502 bases of DNA, from positions 1 through 502 of the forward strand of contig JBMFRC010000067.1 of assembly GCA_049968235.1 (NCBI GenBank), in the 5' to 3' direction. Of the stretch, positions 1 through 502 are shown piece after piece. Below the pieces are notes generated by a model. That model had not been told where the DNA came from. It did not search any database and saw nothing but the letters and a program-made list of their open reading frames with translations. The translations under genes were made by a program, and so were the position numbers. Source of the DNA: Candidatus Hydrogenedens sp. (lineage in GTDB: Bacteria; Hydrogenedentota; Hydrogenedentia; Hydrogenedentales; Hydrogenedentaceae). Positions within the stretch are counted from its first letter, which is position 1, and the number at the start of each line of letters is the position of its first letter.

Positions 1-502
1 CACCTGCTCTTCTTTCATCGTTTAAAGACACAGTTGCTTTTACTACTATGCTTCCTATTAATATACCAAGCGAAACTAAGAGTATTAAAGCCAAAATTTC
101 TTCTGTTGGTAATGATACATTACCGATTTGTACTTCTTTAATTTTTTCTGATAATGGTACATTATATTCTATAACATATTTAACTGCAAATAATATAACC
201 ATTAAACCTATTGTTAATCCAGCTGTTTTTAATAATGAATAAATAGGATTAAAACCTTTTGCTATTCTATATGCAAGATATAACATACCAGTAGAAGCTA
301 TAGCATAAATTCCATATCTAAAAATATTTTCTGCTAGCAATTTATTATTTTCTATTTCTTTTGCAATTTCTATTCCCATGTTTGCATCTTTAACATCTTT
401 CTCTAGTAATGCAATAAGTCTATCAGCATTTTTCAATGGTTCTTCTACTAACGCTGGTTGATTTGCATATAATTTCTTTAAACTTTCTTTATATTTGTTT
501 AG
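1..502 (-). CDS. Internal fragment of a hypothetical integral membrane protein, truncated at both window edges. A charged helical N-proximal segment is followed by 2-3 predicted transmembrane helices.
   Basis: The reverse-complement frame with codons at + coordinates 500-502, 497-499 ... 2-4 gives 167 consecutive sense codons with no stop. At ~27% GC, stops (TAA/TAG/TGA) are expected by chance about once per ~12 codons (my rough estimate from base composition), so an open run this long strongly indicates real coding. Codon usage is coherent and typical of low-GC bacteria (AAA/GAA/TTA/ATA/AGA/GGT/GCA). The translation has protein-like organisation. A charged amphipathic stretch is followed by hydrophobic helices at residues ~63-81, ~93-111 and ~136-154 of the in-window frame (TM2 = TAGLTIGLMVILFAVKYVI, TM3 = ILALILLVSLGILIGSIVV). 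The other five frames are broken by stops or yield low-complexity N/I/S/T-rich peptides. I could not recognise the protein family. Confidence 0.85.

Noticed and set aside
48-242. The 64-aa + strand ORF from the supplied six-frame track (MLPINIPSETKSIKAKISSVGNDTLPICTSLIFSDNGTLYSITYLTANNITIKPIVNPAVFNNE).
   Set aside because: It is completely embedded antisense within a much longer stop-free 167-codon minus-strand frame. Its translation is low-complexity and rich in N/S/T/I, which is typical of the antisense of AT-rich coding DNA. The ~18 nt upstream of its ATG (cagttgcttttactact) contain no Shine-Dalgarno-like GGAGG. A short antisense-overlapping gene cannot be excluded without expression or conservation data, but nothing supports it.
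349-374. Short direct repeat 'tttctatt' at 349-356 and 367-374, inside the T-rich tract tttctatttcttttgcaatttctattcc.
   Set aside because: It is coding-driven. On the minus strand it corresponds to repeated GAA-ATA-GAA (Glu-Ile-Glu) codons in the acidic segment IEIAKEIENN. It is too short and degenerate to be a CRISPR repeat, iteron or transposon inverted repeat, and no partner inverted repeat is present.
200-379. Internal ATG codons in the minus-strand frame as candidate start codons, at 377-379, 284-286 and 200-202.
   Set aside because: The frame is open upstream of all of them, all the way to the window edge. None has a purine-rich Shine-Dalgarno motif 5-10 nt upstream (e.g. gatgcaaacATG). 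Two of them fall inside predicted TM helices. The real start is most likely beyond position 502.
1-502. Search for intergenic signals (sigma70 -35/-10 promoter, rho-independent terminator hairpin + T-tract, RBS) and for tRNA/ncRNA/CRISPR/IS-element features.
   Set aside because: The entire window is occupied by one continuous coding frame. TATAAT-like hexamers do occur (e.g. around 167-172 'tatatt', 271-276 'tataac'), but they are expected by chance at 27% GC and sit inside coding sequence. I saw no GC-rich stem-loop followed by a T-run, no tRNA-like cloverleaf potential, no arrayed repeats and no terminal inverted repeats.
1-502. Assigning a specific family or gene symbol (for example YhgE/Pip, FtsX/ABC-2 permease, EzrA, phage tape-measure, CBASS/Pycsar TM effector).
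   Set aside because: I cannot recognise any diagnostic motif of these families in the 167 residues visible. The architecture (helical soluble part + TM helices) is generic. Naming a family without a homology search would be invention.

Overview
AT-rich window, about 27% G+C by hand count. It is essentially all coding, but on the minus strand rather than the + strand. The reverse complement read from position 502 down to position 2 is a single stop-free frame of 167 codons that runs off both window edges. This is an internal fragment of a larger gene, with neither start nor stop in the window. Its translation is LNKYKESLKKLYANQPALVEEPLKNADRLIALLEKDVKDANMGIEIAKEIENNKLLAENIFRYGIYAIASTGMLYLAYRIAKGFNPIYSLLKTAGLTIGLMVILFAVKYVIEYNVPLSEKIKEVQIGNVSLPTEEILALILLVSLGILIGSIVVKATVSLNDERRAG. 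The first roughly 60 residues are charged and helical-looking. After them come two strong and one weaker hydrophobic, membrane-spanning-type segments. So this is a piece of an integral membrane protein of unknown family. I cannot assign a family or gene symbol from sequence alone. The 64-aa + strand ORF in the supplied track (48..242) lies antisense inside this longer frame and is most likely spurious. I found no RNA genes, CRISPR repeats, mobile-element ends, promoters or terminators. Codon usage is ATA>ATT for Ile, all Arg as AGA, Leu mostly TTA and Lys mostly AAA. That points to a very low-GC host such as a Clostridia- or Fusobacteria-like genome, but this is inference. Any link to a novel defence system or effector is speculative. 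The window shows only the membrane-anchor portion of one protein and none of its neighbours.
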